Shown one piece after another: positions 37,724 to 51,885 of a DNA stretch of 64,000 nucleotides (its first letter is position 1; the number at the start of each line of letters is the position of its first letter). Both the position numbers and the translations under genes were made by a program. The stretch is taken from positions 62,992,001-63,056,000 of the forward strand of contig NC_042997.1 of the NCBI RefSeq assembly GCF_006345805.1. The letters are read 5' to 3'. The notes below the pieces were generated by a model that worked only from the letters and a program-made list of their open reading frames with translations, had not been told where the DNA came from and did not search any database. The DNA is from Octopus sinensis. Lineage: Eukaryota.

Positions 37724-40149
37724 GAAAATATCGTTCAAAAGTTTCTAATCTCATCTGAAGCACGTCTTATTTGTGAAGAAATCTTTAGCCACATCATTTA
37801 AGGTAGTAAAAAGAGAGCTGGCTCTTGCTGTACTATCTCTCATAAAATTCTTTCGTATCGATTTTACATAAACTGATATCATATATCTGATGTTTCTGAT
37901 ACCGTTAAAATCTCTTGGCACAATTTAGTTCTTGTACAACTACTTGCTCCCCATCTGCTTTAACGTAATAACATTTTTTGAGATGTTTTTGCTGAACTCT
38001 TTTTCAATTTTTAGGAATCCATAAATTCTCCCTTGAAGGCGATCATCGTCATATGAAGCAAAATAACGTTTTATATCTCCTGTGAAAAATTTTTAAAAAC
38101 AGTTGCGCAATATTGATGAGAAAGTGAAATGTGGTTGTTGATAATTTTTCTGTCGTAACTGTGTGTCATAGATGTTGTTAGACGTTTCTTATGTTTAGTT
38201 TATTTGCTTTTGTTTCTTCCTGTTTATCTGCTTTTAGCTACTACTAATTCGGCTGCAGAGCTAGAAAATGAGCCATCCGTGAAGCGACAGATAATTCTTT
38301 GATTAGGTACCCTCCATTGCCGACAGGAATGGTGATAAGTGAACATCATTTGCTATTTTATTTCTGCTAGTTTAAAACTAACTGTAGCTCTATGGAAAAT
38401 ACGCATAATGTTTCGATTTCTTTTCTCCATTAGTATATCACCTTTTGCTGTTTTTAATTTTATTACTGACCACCTATGTTGGATAAGCATTGAGTACTTC
38501 ACTAGTTTTCTGACATGAATTATTCACGTACGTTACAAGGGAAATAGTGCATCTACATATTTAATATGAGAAAAGTACATGTAAAAGCTAATTTCCAAAT
38601 TCAACTTTACGGTTGTTATAATTAAAAATAAGCTACTGATTTTCTGCTATTTTTGTGATACAATTCCTAGCTAAATTCTTTTGGATACTGCGCCTAAAAA
38701 TTACTTTAGGTATCTGACCAACCAACAACGGAGCAAACAACATCAGCCGGCGATGCAGTTTCAGTGCTTGACTAAAAATATTTCCCTTTCAATACATCCA
38801 TTTCAACTGAGCAAGGCACGGGCTTCATACAATGTTGTTCACATCTTTAAATTTGTTTCATTGTCCCCGAGGGAAAATCGATAAAATGCTGAAGATTAAT
38901 CAACCGACTATATCTCTCTAAAAGTCGACATCTGTATTAAATTAGTGAGAATCCTGTAGGCATTCAACACAGAATAAAATAAAATCAATCTATATTTTCA
39001 TAGTTTATATGACTTATGCTTCAGGTAAAACAACCACGAAATAGAGATATTTTGAATGCCGATTGTAACAAGAATAATTATTAAAGTATCTGCATAATGA
39101 AAGTATCAAATTTAACAAAGTAAATATCAATTTACGATAAAAAAATCTTCACAAAAGCAGAATATTAAAAAAATATATATATAAATATGACAGGTAGTAT
39201 TAAACTAAAAGCATTCGAATGCTAGAAGCATCTAAAATATTGTACTTCTAGTAACAGCATCGTTATGATTACCTGCAGGAATGAAGTTATTCAAAAGCAG
39301 ACTATTAATAGAAAAATGTGTTATGCGAAGTAGGTTGTTCATATTGATCAATATACGGTTGCGTTCACTATATTACAAACCAATACTTGTGTTCCTGACC
39401 ACTAAGCGTATCGCAGAGATGAAAATTTTCCTCAATACATTGCAAAAAATGAACAAATAAATACAAAAAACGTAAAACAAATTATATAAATGAAGAGAAA
39501 AAGTGTAAAATATAAATATAAAAATATAATCAGATGGAATTTTACAACACGACTTTGTGAGATAGTATTTCTAGCTTATACTTTTAGGTAGAGACTAGTG
39601 AGTTAGATAAACAGAACATAAAAGGAAACAAACCAGACGAGACGTTTTACAGTATCTAGTTAATGGTTATATTTTTTATCGAGCTTTCTGTTATATAATC
39701 CTACTGGAGTTGGCTTCGCATTCCATGTCAGATGACAAGCCTTAAATATGAACAAATAGCAGACGACATAATCCAATATATGTTATGTTACACATCACAA
39801 GCACAAATTGAAACAAAATAGAAAGATATCCTCTGACAATCCTGAAACCTTGAATCTAACAGATAACTGCTTTTGAAATATGTTCTGGGTGATTTTGCCA
39901 ACCCCTATATCTCAAGTTACGTACTTAAATCTAAATATTTTGTTCAGAAAGTATTTATTAAATATGCTATAGCCTATAAAGATTTATTGAAAATTCATCC
40001 ACCCGCTTAATGGATGGCACAAAAGCATCCCATAGTTGTGTTTGTTTACTTCATGAGAAGCTGAACAAAGGCGCATCATTGTTAATGACAAATTACTATT
40101 TTACATAGTCATGAAATTACAGATGATAAATACTTCACTAAATTCACAT

Positions 40150-41050
40150 GTACGTCAATATATTCAAATATACACTGGAACTCCTTAACGACGCCAGCAT
40201 TCTCAAAATCCTCATCGCATCGGTTAAACGATCAGTCGCAGAACATAAAAGCACCTACTATACTCTCAACAATGCCGAAATAAAAATCATGATGATTAAT
40301 GAATAGCACGAACGTCGCATCATTGTTTTGTAGAAAGGAAGTGGATACTTGGGGAGTATGTGTGAAACTCGCAGAACCTATGACTCATCCCAGAACCCTC
40401 TCAAATTCTGTAATTGTCAAAATGATTATCATTTGCAGCTACAGTAGATCCACCCAAGAATATACCAAAAATATGCTGAAAAATCAGTTTCAAATAATAA
40501 TTAACCTTTCATTTCATGGTAGAGTATTGATTCAACCAAGTTCCATGATTCAAAGAAGTAACCGTTTCATGTTTGACATGTTTATCAAAACCCAAGTAGA
40601 AAGGCTATATTTTCTGTGATGAAACCAAGATGAGTTAAGGCAGGGAAGTATGCTCACATTCAAGATTTCATCACTTCTCATGTTGACATAAGAATTATAT
40701 CCAACTAGTTAGACTATTGTTCAGCTTTAGAAGATACCTTTGTTATACGTATAAACAAACTCATGATGCAATGGCTTATGTAAGAAAACATGGCCGGCTG
40801 GATTATTTCATTAGATCCATTTGTAACTCGAAATGGATAGAAATCTTCCATGAGCTTTTTCGATATTATATGTTGTACGTTCGATATGATCTTCTTGATC
40901 TCTGTAACGGAAAAAAAAGAACAAACAAAAACATAAATAAAATGTTATTGACTATTAGCAGACGGAAGAATATGTGGTGGCTGGTAACACCTTATTGAAT
41001 GTCAAAAAGATAACGTCCCTATTCTAACACACTGCATTAATGTAAATATA
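40150..41050 (+). mobile_element. Helitron Rep domain remnant
   Basis: CETRRTYDSSQNPLKF..NDYH, FDMFIKTQVERLYFL, HDAMAYVRKHGRLDYFIRSICNSKWIEIFHELF and IECQK..VP correspond to ETHRSYDALQYP, VDMYAKIETERL, QDAMTYVRKYGRPDLFITFTCNPKWIEI and IEWQKRGLP. Confidence 0.85.
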
Positions 41051-42056
41051 AGACATCATAACAACATTTCAGTTGAGGGTTTTGATAAGCTTGACTATTC
41101 CCTGCTCTTTGAAGCCGCCAAACTCAATAACTTTGATCCACGCGAGCCCATCACTCCAGCTTCAATCTGAATGCAAGATGAAATGTACATTCTCCGCCCC
41201 ACAAATATCCATCATCTCTTATTTAGGGGTCGGAGGTACTCAGACCAACAAGGTTAGTTAACCGCTATTACAGGTGTATGCTCGACAACGCAGTTTGAGG
41301 TATGAAGTCAACTATGGACAATAAATAAGTAGTATCTCACAACAGATTGTTGTGGAAGCATGACCCTTTAAATGTTGATTATTTCCCTTAGGTTAAAGAA
41401 AATCTATATGCCACAAATTATATTAATAAGGGCAGTACCATTGTTATCTTAGCCATTGCCAGGGTGCTCAATTGCCAGGGTGCTCAATTGGGCTTGATAG
41501 ATTCAAGTAATATTTATATGGGCCAGAACATCTCTTGCAACGAAGCAGCCTGGAAAAATCTTTGAAGCTGAGATCCATCAATACTTTTCAACAGTGGTCT
41601 CACTGGTAGTTCTCGAAAATGAGCGGAAAATGACTTTCATTGAACCCATAACTCATCAGTTGTCACAAACTCTACCTAAATCTGTAATTGCTGGTAATTG
41701 TCTACAAAGCTTAATGTCTTATTTGGGAAGAGTTCGGAGATTAATAGTTACCAAACAAAAGTTAGATGATTCTAAAACATTAGGGTAGCTTTAAAAATCT
41801 ATCCTCTGCTCACAATTCATAAAATAATAGTTCGGTTATTTCCGGTTAATCTCGCTTTTAAATGCTATTTGTCAAGTACCTGTGTGTGTGCGCGTGTGCG
41901 TGCCTTGTGCGCACGCGTGTGAGTGCATAAGAGAGAGAAAGGATATATATACAAGTGTATATAGAAATATATATATATACATATACAAACATACATATTT
42001 GTATAAGAGATATTTATACACACAACACACACACACACACATATATATAAACACAC

Positions 42057-42296
42057 ATAAATATATTTCTTTACTACCCACAAGGGGCTAAACACAGAGA
42101 GGACAAACAAGGACAGACAAACCGATTAAGTCGATTACATCGACCCCAGTGCGTACCTGGTACTTAATTTATCGACCCCGAAAGGATGAAAGGCAAAGTC
42201 GACCTCGGCGGAATTTGAACTCGGAACGTAACGACCGACGAAATGCGGCTACGCATTTCGCCCGGCGTGCTAACGTTTCTGCCAGGTCGCCGCCCT
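42057..42296 (-). mobile_element. SINE family B, young long variant
   Basis: gtcgattacatcgaccccagtgcg...gaaaggatgaaaggcaaagtcgacctcggcggaatttgaactcggaacg...gctaacgtttctgccaggtcgccgcc. Confidence 0.85.
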
Positions 42297-43911
42297 AAAT
42301 ATACACACATAAATAGCTTCTTTCACCCCACATAGATAGATGCACATTTACATACACACGCACGCACTCCCCCTCCCGCCCTTCTCAGCCTTTAATCCAG
42401 TCACCATGGTGTCGAGAAAGTTTATTGGAATGCTAAAATCTTTGTAGGGCTAGTTGAGGAAGGAGGATGTGGAGTGACTATAGTAGACTGACATGCACTG
42501 ATAAACTGACACGCCAGTCTAACCAAATCAATGTTATCAATATAGAATATTGCCTTTCTATCATATAAACGACGACATTAATTTTATGCTGAGTTGTAGC
42601 AGTTCCTACTACTGTGAATATGGATAAAAGATGGCACCGTACAGCGTATAACCTATGCAACAGTTTTTGCTGGGTCGTTTATGTAGGCTTTCGTTTTAGC
42701 TTTTATATTTTGGGGGGTTTATTTCTTCTATTTTGTATTTGTGTCAGGATAAATGCGAGATTCTATGTTGTGAGCAAGTTACAAGCAATCTATGAGTTAA
42801 AGAGAAAACCTGCAACATAGCAACGTCCCAAAATGGCTCTCTCTAGCTCAGTAATGCATTCGCATGGCGTATGTTTAGCGGTGTATGCGCAAAATGAATT
42901 GCGAGTCGGAGTATGGACTGTCTCTAACAATATTACAATAATTTTATCAATTTGAAAAAAAAAGTGACCAAATATCTTCAACAGAAAACGTTTGTAGAGT
43001 TGAAACTTTGATGGCTGACATGACGTAATTAAACCTATAAGAACTTTACAGGTTGAATCATAAAATATCAAGCAATTTGATTCAGTTAATAAGAATAATA
43101 ATTTAGAAGTAAGAGCAGACATGTTGGCAGAAATTCTTTGAAGTATTTAATTGTATTTTTTTATGCCATAATTTCAAATACTGCAAAAGATAAATTCTTC
43201 TTTCATTCTCGCCGGATTTATTAAAATAAATACGTATATAACACGGTAGTCGGAGTCACTGCAATACGCTATATGCTTTATATAATTTTGTGTGAATACC
43301 AAGTCAAAAGAGAGTAAATCTAGTTCATTTTAGTATTTTATATAACGACAGAAGAGACTGGTCATTTGCAGTTAACATTTTGACGCTTGCTTTTCTTATT
43401 GCCACAGAATGGTTCTTCACTAATAGAAAAGGTGGATTGTCCGTACACATGCCTTGCAGTATTAAGTTGCAACCCTTTACGTTCTGAGATTGACTTTGCT
43501 TTATCTCCCTTCTGGGTTCGATAAAATAAATGCAAGTCAAATATCTGGGATAAATTAAACCGAATATATTACCCCCCAAAATCTCTGTTCAAGTGGTTAT
43601 CATAAAATTCATTATTGCTGCTGGAGGACGATGGATTTGCGGAACCGATAAACTCTGGTAAAATATCTTCCAGTATTTAGTTCGGTTTCTTTACTCTCCA
43701 TTCTCAAATCCCGGTGCGCTTATCGTTGCTATTCATTGTTCTGAGAGTCAATAGTATAGTCTCAGTAATGAAGTAGAATTAACTTAATCGACTGGATTTA
43801 CCGTTTCAAAAATATGTGGTTTGTACCTATTTTAGAGATCTTTGTCATTCTTAATTACTTCTAACTGTTGACAAACGAGCAGTCTAGGAAAAAATAGAGT
43901 TACATCTATTG

Positions 43912-44129
43912 CTATAGAGCTACTGTCAGTTGGATATTATCTGGCCATGGACAGTTTTAAACTCGAAGACAGTTAACAGTCATTGTTCATCATTTCAGAA
44001 TAATGCACAATATTTTACTATAGAGCAATATAGTCAGTTGGATATTATCTGGCCATGGACAGTTTTAAACTCGAAGACAGTTAACAGTCATTGTTCATCA
44101 TTTCAGAATAATGCACAATATTTTACTAT
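43912..44129 (+). repeat. Tandem duplication (~106-108 bp period; 97 bp identical)
   Basis: 43925-44021 is identical to 44033-44129; CTAT microhomology at 43912, 44018 and 44126. Confidence 0.95.
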
Positions 44130-44855
44130 TTCCCCGACGAACCAAGTACTATTAAATGCTTAGATGAATATTTCAGAATGTTTAATATTCTATACCCACT
44201 GTTTTATGATAAAATCAATAACACTGTGTCGAAATTTAGTCTCTTAGGGAAACAGTACGCATGACACGACTACTGTAGCACTACTTGCAATTAATAATGC
44301 GATTCATATTAACACGTGAAATCTCTTGAATATTTGTGATGGATAACGAAAGTAACAAATTTTGAAATATATGTTAAACAGTAGAATATACAAAACGAGA
44401 AGGTGTTTTCTGACGTTGAGCTCTTACATGGAAGATCAGAACACCCCAGTGGGGTTTGATCACGGCAGTAATCCATTGTCTTACGACAGAAATCTAAGTA
44501 ACTAACCCTAAAGAACATTGGCATCTCTAATTCCCTATCTGGAAAAATTATCATGAATCATTCATTTCTTCTAGCGAAATAAATATACCTTCTTGCTAGT
44601 CTATTTGGCAAAAAGATAGATCACTTTATCGCTTTCGCTACTCCTTCTAGCACTGTTTCTTCCATATCTCTCTTCTCTTCACCCATCCCACTGTTTCTCC
44701 ATCATACGCTTCTTTCTCCTTCCCACTCTATTTTATTTCCAGCAATCGTTCGGTCTTCTCTTCATTTGGTTTGTCACTTTGCTCTAAACAGAGGCCACGT
44801 AAAGTAGTGAGGACTCTTTCGTTTCGTGGATTACAAGTGTGCTGGTTTCACGATA

Positions 44856-46413
44856 CACTGTTTCCCGCATTATAAGGCAAATCAGCCTTCTCTCAATAAA
44901 TAAAAGTATATTAATTCAAAATCAGTTCTTTTCCGACTGACTGTTGGCACCACCTATCTGCGCACATTCTGTTAAAATAAGTCGGATCTACGCAGACGAA
45001 AACAAACGGCGACCATTACCGTGTGGAAACAACATTTCTGCTGTCACAAATTATTGGGCAGGTGCCCAGTTTAAGTGTGATTATGGGTTAGAAACGTGAT
45101 CTCCCTTCGAATGAAAAAAACATAGTATTTTTGATATTTCTAAATACTGAGAAGAGATTACCGAACATTGAAGATATTTGCGCAGTGTCATATTTCTGTC
45201 CGGTCGAGGGCAGATAAGAGTAATTTGAGGGTTGCTTCGACTAGTACTTTGACACGTGTGAAAAGGGAAGTTGCGCGGAACCCATGTCCTACAAGTAGAG
45301 AAGTCTTCTAACGTGGCAGGGAAGACATATCGAAAGCTACCAGGTGTCACCTCTTGAAGCAGGTAGTCAGGAATGTTAAATCTGTTACAAATACCTTCTG
45401 AATGTTGTTCATAAGCATAAGGGACTGAAATGGACAGAGGAATATATGAAGATAGGTTATTTCAAGAGTTCTATTCACTGACGAATTCCGTGCTACCCTT
45501 GATGGACCAGATGTTTGGTGTAAAGGTTGGGTGTCAATCAGTGTGAACCATCCTTATTATTTGAGACGCCAACAAGAGGGAGGTGGGGCTCATGTTTTGG
45601 GATGACATCGTTGGAGGTATGGTGGTCGGGCCGTGGAAAGCCCCAGATGGTATTAAGATGGCATCAAAAACATGTTACCTTCTTAAAGGAAATTTCCAAC
45701 CGTGGTTCAAAAAGCAAAAATTTTCATTCAAGAGAAAGTTGGTCTTCATGCAAGATAATGCCTCGTCTCATGCAGCGAAGAATTCTAAGGAAACCTGCAT
45801 CAAATAGGCTTCTTTGGAGGTCGTTTGATGGAGTGGGAACCGTGTTCCTCAGACTTAAACCTTATCGAGAACCTGTGGCGTGTCCTGAAAGAGCGGCGCG
45901 TTTACCAAGACGGACGGTAGTTTTCAAGTAAAGTTGCCCCTTGGGATTCTATTATAGATGCAGCTCAAGGCATGACACAAGAGGATATCATCATCTTGAT
46001 AAATTCAATGGATCAGCGCATAAGGAAGGTTACTGCATGTGGAAGATCATACGTCAAACATTAGGTGCTGTATGATATCATATTCCCAGGATTATTTTCA
46101 TACGAACTCATTATGTTTACCATTAAGTCCTTTATTAATAATTTTTTGTTAAACCTTTACTATTGAATCAAATAAACGTTTGTTCTGACACAATCATCAT
46201 TTTTATTATACTTGCCTAATAAATTGTGACGGTGAAAATGTTGCCCAATTACAAACATACCCGCCATGTATTGGTGTCTGCGCAGATCCGGTTTATTTTA
46301 ACAGAATGTGAGCAGATAGGTGTTGCCATAAGTCAGTGGGAAAACAACTGGTTTTGAACGAATATAAGTTTATTGAGAGAAGGTTGATTTGCCTAATAAT
46401 GTGGGACGCAGTG
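44856..46413 (+). mobile_element. Complete decayed Tc1-family DNA transposon, DD37E (TRT-like), with ~205 bp IR/DR termini
   Basis: TA|CACTG...CAGTG|TG ends. Pseudo-ORF 45083-46064 MG*KRDL...VLFTDEFRATLDGPD...RRQQ.GG.MFW...FMQDNASSH...WEPCSSDLNLIENLW, with 37 residues between D2 and E after restoring one frameshift. Confidence 0.85.
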
Positions 46414-46869
46414 TGTAACGGATCCAGTATACTCTGCAAAGCGGTTGGTGAACCAGTGGATTTATAAGATATGAAAATTTCTCTAGTGCTGGTGTCAAGG
46501 TAAAATAAACCGAAAACACTTTGTAAAGTGGTTGGGATGCTTTGTGTATATGTGTGTATATGAGTGTGCGTATGTGTATACCTATGCATATGCACAGGCC
46601 CATGCAAAATGAACACTCATGTACATACCCATTGCTTTTAAAACATTAATTAAATGTATTATTTAAAAGTTAATATTTTAAAACATTGCTTAAACAGCAA
46701 CACAGTTGCATGACTTCGCTTGTAATAGAGTTTATGGTGTTTATAATATTACCACAAGAATCAGAAACGAAAATCAAACGCCTGCGTTTGAAGCAGTCGT
46801 TTTCACTCGTGTTCTTTACAAACATTTTCAAACAGGAGACAATAAAGATAAGCGTTTTCTTCAAACTTT

Positions 46870-47036
46870 CATTTCATATTTAAAAAAATATTCTTTCAGT
46901 TTCCGTCTATCAAATCCACTCACAAAGCTTTGATCGGCCCGAGGCTATAGTAGAAGACACTTGCCCAAGGTACCACGCAGTGGGACTGAACCCGGAACCA
47001 TGCGGTTAGAAAGCAATTCTCTTACCACACAGCCAT
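46870..47036 (-). mobile_element. SINE family A 5' head
   Basis: ttcagtttccgtctatcaaatccactcacaaagctttgatcggcccgaggctatagtagaagacacttgcccaagg...gggactgaacccggaacc...cttaccacacagcc. Confidence 0.85.
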
Positions 47037-47062
47037 AAATACACACGCACACATGTATGTTT

Positions 47063-47106
<44 letters not shown>

Positions 47107-50100
47107 AAATATTTTGCAGAAGCAACAGATTGACTCAAGGGTTGAGAATTTGATAAGTGCCAATACACGAAACTCTCGGCCCTTGAATCACTCTGTTCCT
47201 TCAGCTACATATAAAAAAAGTATACATATACTCATGTCTTGAATTCTATTTTTCCTGTTTGTATCGCCAAACTTACACACACGCGCGCACGCACATACAT
47301 TCAAATTTACTGATTGAAAGCAATAAAAAATACAAATGTTGAAAGAAACCAATACATTTGAACGTTTTTCTCCGCTGGTAAATGTCAAGAAACAGGATTC
47401 GCGTATTTATTTGAATAACAAATTGGTACGAAAATCACATTGAAAGCTTTCACGCTGATAGTAATATCAACGTGATAAAAGCATGCTGTATTACGCTATA
47501 TGTCTACATAATTATTATCGAAGTGGTAATCCTGGTGAATTGTAGTCACAGACTTTCTATGATAGCAGTAAAGAATATTCTAGCAGTGTTGTTGCGATAA
47601 GGTTTATCTGTTAATTAATTATTTAAATGTCTTTAACTTTAATTATAAATCAGCCAATCACTTTCGATGCCTTTTATTATCGACTGAACTGCAAACTGTA
47701 GGAAATATCATCACCAATTTCTGTTTACTTGGATAGCTAATGGCAAAGAATATTCCTGAATATTAACCATACAGAATAGAATAATAAACAATTATATAAG
47801 ATATCCTGTCAATTTCGCAATTATCAGCGCCATTGTGAGATGTTGCTTTCTGAAAATCTACCACCAACACTTAAATCAATCCAAAGAGGTTATTGTATGC
47901 AAAAGCATTGATGTAGTTAATTCTCAGATTTGACTTATTTCATAGATTTATCAAATCAGAAAAATCGATTTTTTTTTTACTTGGCTCATGTTCAACTTCT
48001 GTAGAAGAAGCTCATAGAATCAACTGAATTGACCCTTGTTAATTAATTATTTACCATTAACGGCTTGGATTATTGAAGAATTGAACCTAATATTATAAAG
48101 CACTCACCTTAGATCTCAGTTCATTTAGATAATCGTCTCAATCTTAATTTAAATCATTTATGGAGATTTGTATTTGAAACTGCTTCTTTTTAAATGCATC
48201 AGCTTGTACGCTGCTGACATGGTTGATATATAATCATGATTTTATGACTTACGGTTCACAAAATAACGAATGGCACTTGAATAAAATTATGTAGAAAACT
48301 GACTTACCTCAGTATTCGCACAACTTCTCTTGCAACAAAATGCGCACATTCATTGAGAAAAGTGGTTAACTATTTTCCAAATAAGGAGTTTTGATTAGAA
48401 ATCACGTAAATAGAAGTATACATAAGTTAATGTAGTCAAATAGACGCAAATTTACTTTAGTTAGATTCTAACAAGCACACACAAATCCTCAAAGTTATAG
48501 GTTTGTTTTTATGAATTAGGACAAAATATGATTGGAATTTGAACTTACGTTATTCGTCTCAATTTAGACTAAACTTCTAATATTAAAAATAGGTGTAAAC
48601 TTTCATGTCTATGTACGGGTCTGATCGAGCAAATTGAAACGATCTGTATTTCCATTTAAATCTGTTCATTTATCTTATATGGTACAATAGTATCCTCATT
48701 ACAAACGGTCAATGATGTGCAAGCATCCTAACCTAATTAAGTTTTTTTTCCACGACTTAGTGTATAAATTAGTCTCTTCTCTTAATATCTAAAAAGGTCA
48801 TTCTACGTTTAAGTGATACGAGAACCATAGCGATATCATGTTTTAACGCAACGCAAACTCTGTTGTCATGTACCCTATTGTTTTATGATAGTCACTTAGA
48901 GTATATTTTAAAAAGGATACTCTCTAATACTTGAATCCTCTGTTCATTTCTCCTATGCGAATAAACAAAACCTTGAACTAAGCTGAATGGGAATATCTAC
49001 CGTGGATGAATATGTACTGCAAATGAATTAAGTAAAATGCTCATAAGTGCTACATCAACGGACACTAGGCAAGGACACTTATGCAACAGAAACATGTGTC
49101 AGATTGGAACCTACTACGAATAATACTGTAATAAATAATTTTTGAAGATCTGTAATCATCCATTCTTCTGATGTCGTGATTCTGATGGCTTGATTCTGAT
49201 GGCTTGATTCTGATGTCTTGATGTATATATATATATAGCGTGTAGTCAGTGGCCCTTTTATTCACCAGACCGCCCAAGACTCGTAAGAGTTAGGGCGGAA
49301 ATTGTCCTCAGACTGGAAGCTGGCACAGATGTTTCCAACAGAGTGGATTCTGTTAAAAATACTGAACGGTCAGGTAGTGTTGGTAACAATCTACCACTTA
49401 AGAACTGAGCTAACAACAGAAAGAGGATAAAAAATTCTGCTTGGTAACTCGTCCAGTGCTTTAACAATTCTGGTAACGTAATATCTTAGACTTCAGGTTT
49501 GATATATTAAACCTGAAGGCTTAATAACTTGAAAGGGTTAAGAAATAAGTTGACCTTAGGAAATCTACCCAGAGCGTTGTGAGTCAGAAAAATTGCCGCA
49601 GCACGTTTGGTTCTGCGCAGAGAATTCAAAGTACCAGTTCGATACTCATCAATTTGCTGACGTGAAAGCGGTAACATTTTAAATTGAATTTTTTTGGTTG
49701 TTTAAAATGCTACTTCTAATATATGGAGTATTTTCTGTTTAAATAATTGTCTATCTCAGTAAAGGTTTAATAAATAATCCCCTAAAACGTTCAACTGAAA
49801 ATGCTTGTTTTTAAAATATTTTATTGCAATTTCAGTTATTATTCCCTGTCAAGGTTTTTTCATCTTTCTTTTTTCCAAATCAGGGAGAAATGTCACAGTA
49901 TCTCTTTCTGATTTTAAAATGACGTTGATACTATTTTTAGCAGGTCAAGTAATTACATAAAAGCTTTCACTTATGTGAATATTCTTGTAAATATTAGTAA
50001 TTTTTGTGACAGTCGATGTTTTACATCAAAGTTGTAAATGTTACGTTTCAGTGAATAATTTTTTCCCGATAAAGAATGTTTTCATGATATTTGATTTTAA

Positions 50101-51461
50101 ATTTCATATTTATTGTATATCAATAAATATTTCATGTATTGTATAACAATAAATATTTAAGAGTAAAATAATATATTTGCCTTTAGAACATCAGAATTAA
50201 TTGTTTTACTGACAGATAGTTCTGTAAAATAGTTTCTCCATTTCAAATATAAGTGGAATGAATAAATCGTAGTAGGCTTGATGGCAGTTTTTCGTGTTTG
50301 AATATCTTGAGGAAGGTCGGCGGTTTGCCTATAGGTGGCGTTGCAGCTGTTGTCTTTTCTCTTCGTCATTGATACAGGGCCTTTCTTCCTGCCTACACTT
50401 GAAGGTTTTAAAATGAAAATCAGTCTGTGCAATTCGATTCCATTCTTTGAACTTGGCAGTCCGATCTCAGATGCTCAGCAGGCTAAGACGGCTACCGTGG
50501 CCAGCAAACTTCAAGTTTTACATTGAAGTGGCCTTGGTGAAATGCTCTTTCGGACTGGAGAGCTTCACCTAACCTTTAGCTGCTGTAAACGTGTGTGTCA
50601 AAAGGTCACCATGCAGCTTGAGTGACTCCACTCCAATAGGTTTATAACCTCATTGATCTCTTTACACATTAAAGTTTAGTGAATCAATCGCTAACTTTAT
50701 TACCTTTCTCTTTCTTTTTCTAGTCTTTATCTTTTGCCTTTCATCACACGCTATTGTTGTATTTGTGAGTAATATTTGTGGTTATTCTTTTCAGTGTAGT
50801 GCGTGAAAAAAAAGTTCGATAAAAAAACCCACAAATCTTATTATTTCTGATGTATATATGAATTCAAAGAGTAAATTGAATAAATTCACTCGTTTTTAGC
50901 TCATTTCCCTAAATAAATTACTTGAGAAACACGGTTCGTGTTCTGTATTAAGCCTATCAATAACAACAACGCTGCCAACACTGCAATTTTTTCTGCTTGC
51001 CTAGTATTTACATATAACAAAAAAAAAAAAAAACAATCTTGCATCACGTTACAAGAGATCTACATACTTTTGTCATAAATGATCATTTGATGTAATAGAT
51101 TAGTTTATTTCGAAACGTAATAACAACATTATAAATAATTTAACTGTATTTAAATCAATAATTTTATATGCTGAGACACCTAACTAAAACATAGCTATAG
51201 TTGAGAATCATTTTATTTGAAGTAATTCACTTCATGTCCATCAGAGTCGATAGTGTATTTCGAATATTTGTCAATAGTACAATGCAGCCTAGTTGGTCAC
51301 TTGCAATTATATACTGTACTTGACAGAGGCAAAAAAAAAAAAAGATTTTATATATTCTTCGCCTAGCTTGAATGTACATTCCGCATCAAATCACCATTAC
51401 TCCCAGCAATGATTGACCGCTAACGCCAAAAGTATTTTTCTCTCTGGTTATTTCATCGTCT

Positions 51462-51505
51462 TCCTTTCTGTTGAAGAGCGTAGGCTGGAAACGTAAAAGA
51501 CATTC
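51462..51505 (+). ncRNA. Variant minimal hammerhead-like motif
   Basis: CTTT-CTGTTGA-A-GAGC-gtag-GCTG-GAA-ACGT-A-AAAG: ACGT palindrome and 4-bp stem I, but A6 is replaced by U. Confidence 0.4.
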
Positions 51506-51617
51506 TCACCTTTCCGAGCATCAAACTGCTTTTTGTAATTGTTGTTTATACACCTGTCTCCGTCTTTTGATTTTCTGTAAATTCCAACAACATATATAAT
51601 ATTTATAAAATATATAA

Positions 51618-51658
<41 letters not shown>

Positions 51659-51661
51659 TAT

Positions 51662-51818
51662 ATACTAACTGTACAGGCCGGCTTTGCTCGGGATTAAATT
51701 AGCATTATTAAACTAATCAAGTTCTTTATTTCCAACCAAACGAAGTAACATCGACGTCAAATTTGGGCGAAATTCGTTAAAATTGGTTTATATATATATA
51801 TATATATATAATATATAT

Positions 51819-51885
<67 letters not shown>

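Noticed and set aside
37800-38520. Protein-like minus-strand stretch including FTDGS
   Set aside because: Multiple stops and no second motif to support an RNase H or transposase call.
42490-42520. CTGATAA-ACTG-acacgc-CAGT-CTAA hammerhead-like string
   Set aside because: G8 and the GAAA core are both missing; too degenerate.
50724-50764. 41-nt plus-strand exon candidate (pyrimidine tract-CTAG ... TTT|GTGAGT)
   Set aside because: Good splice signals but no linked exons or recognisable peptide; cannot be supported without RNA data.
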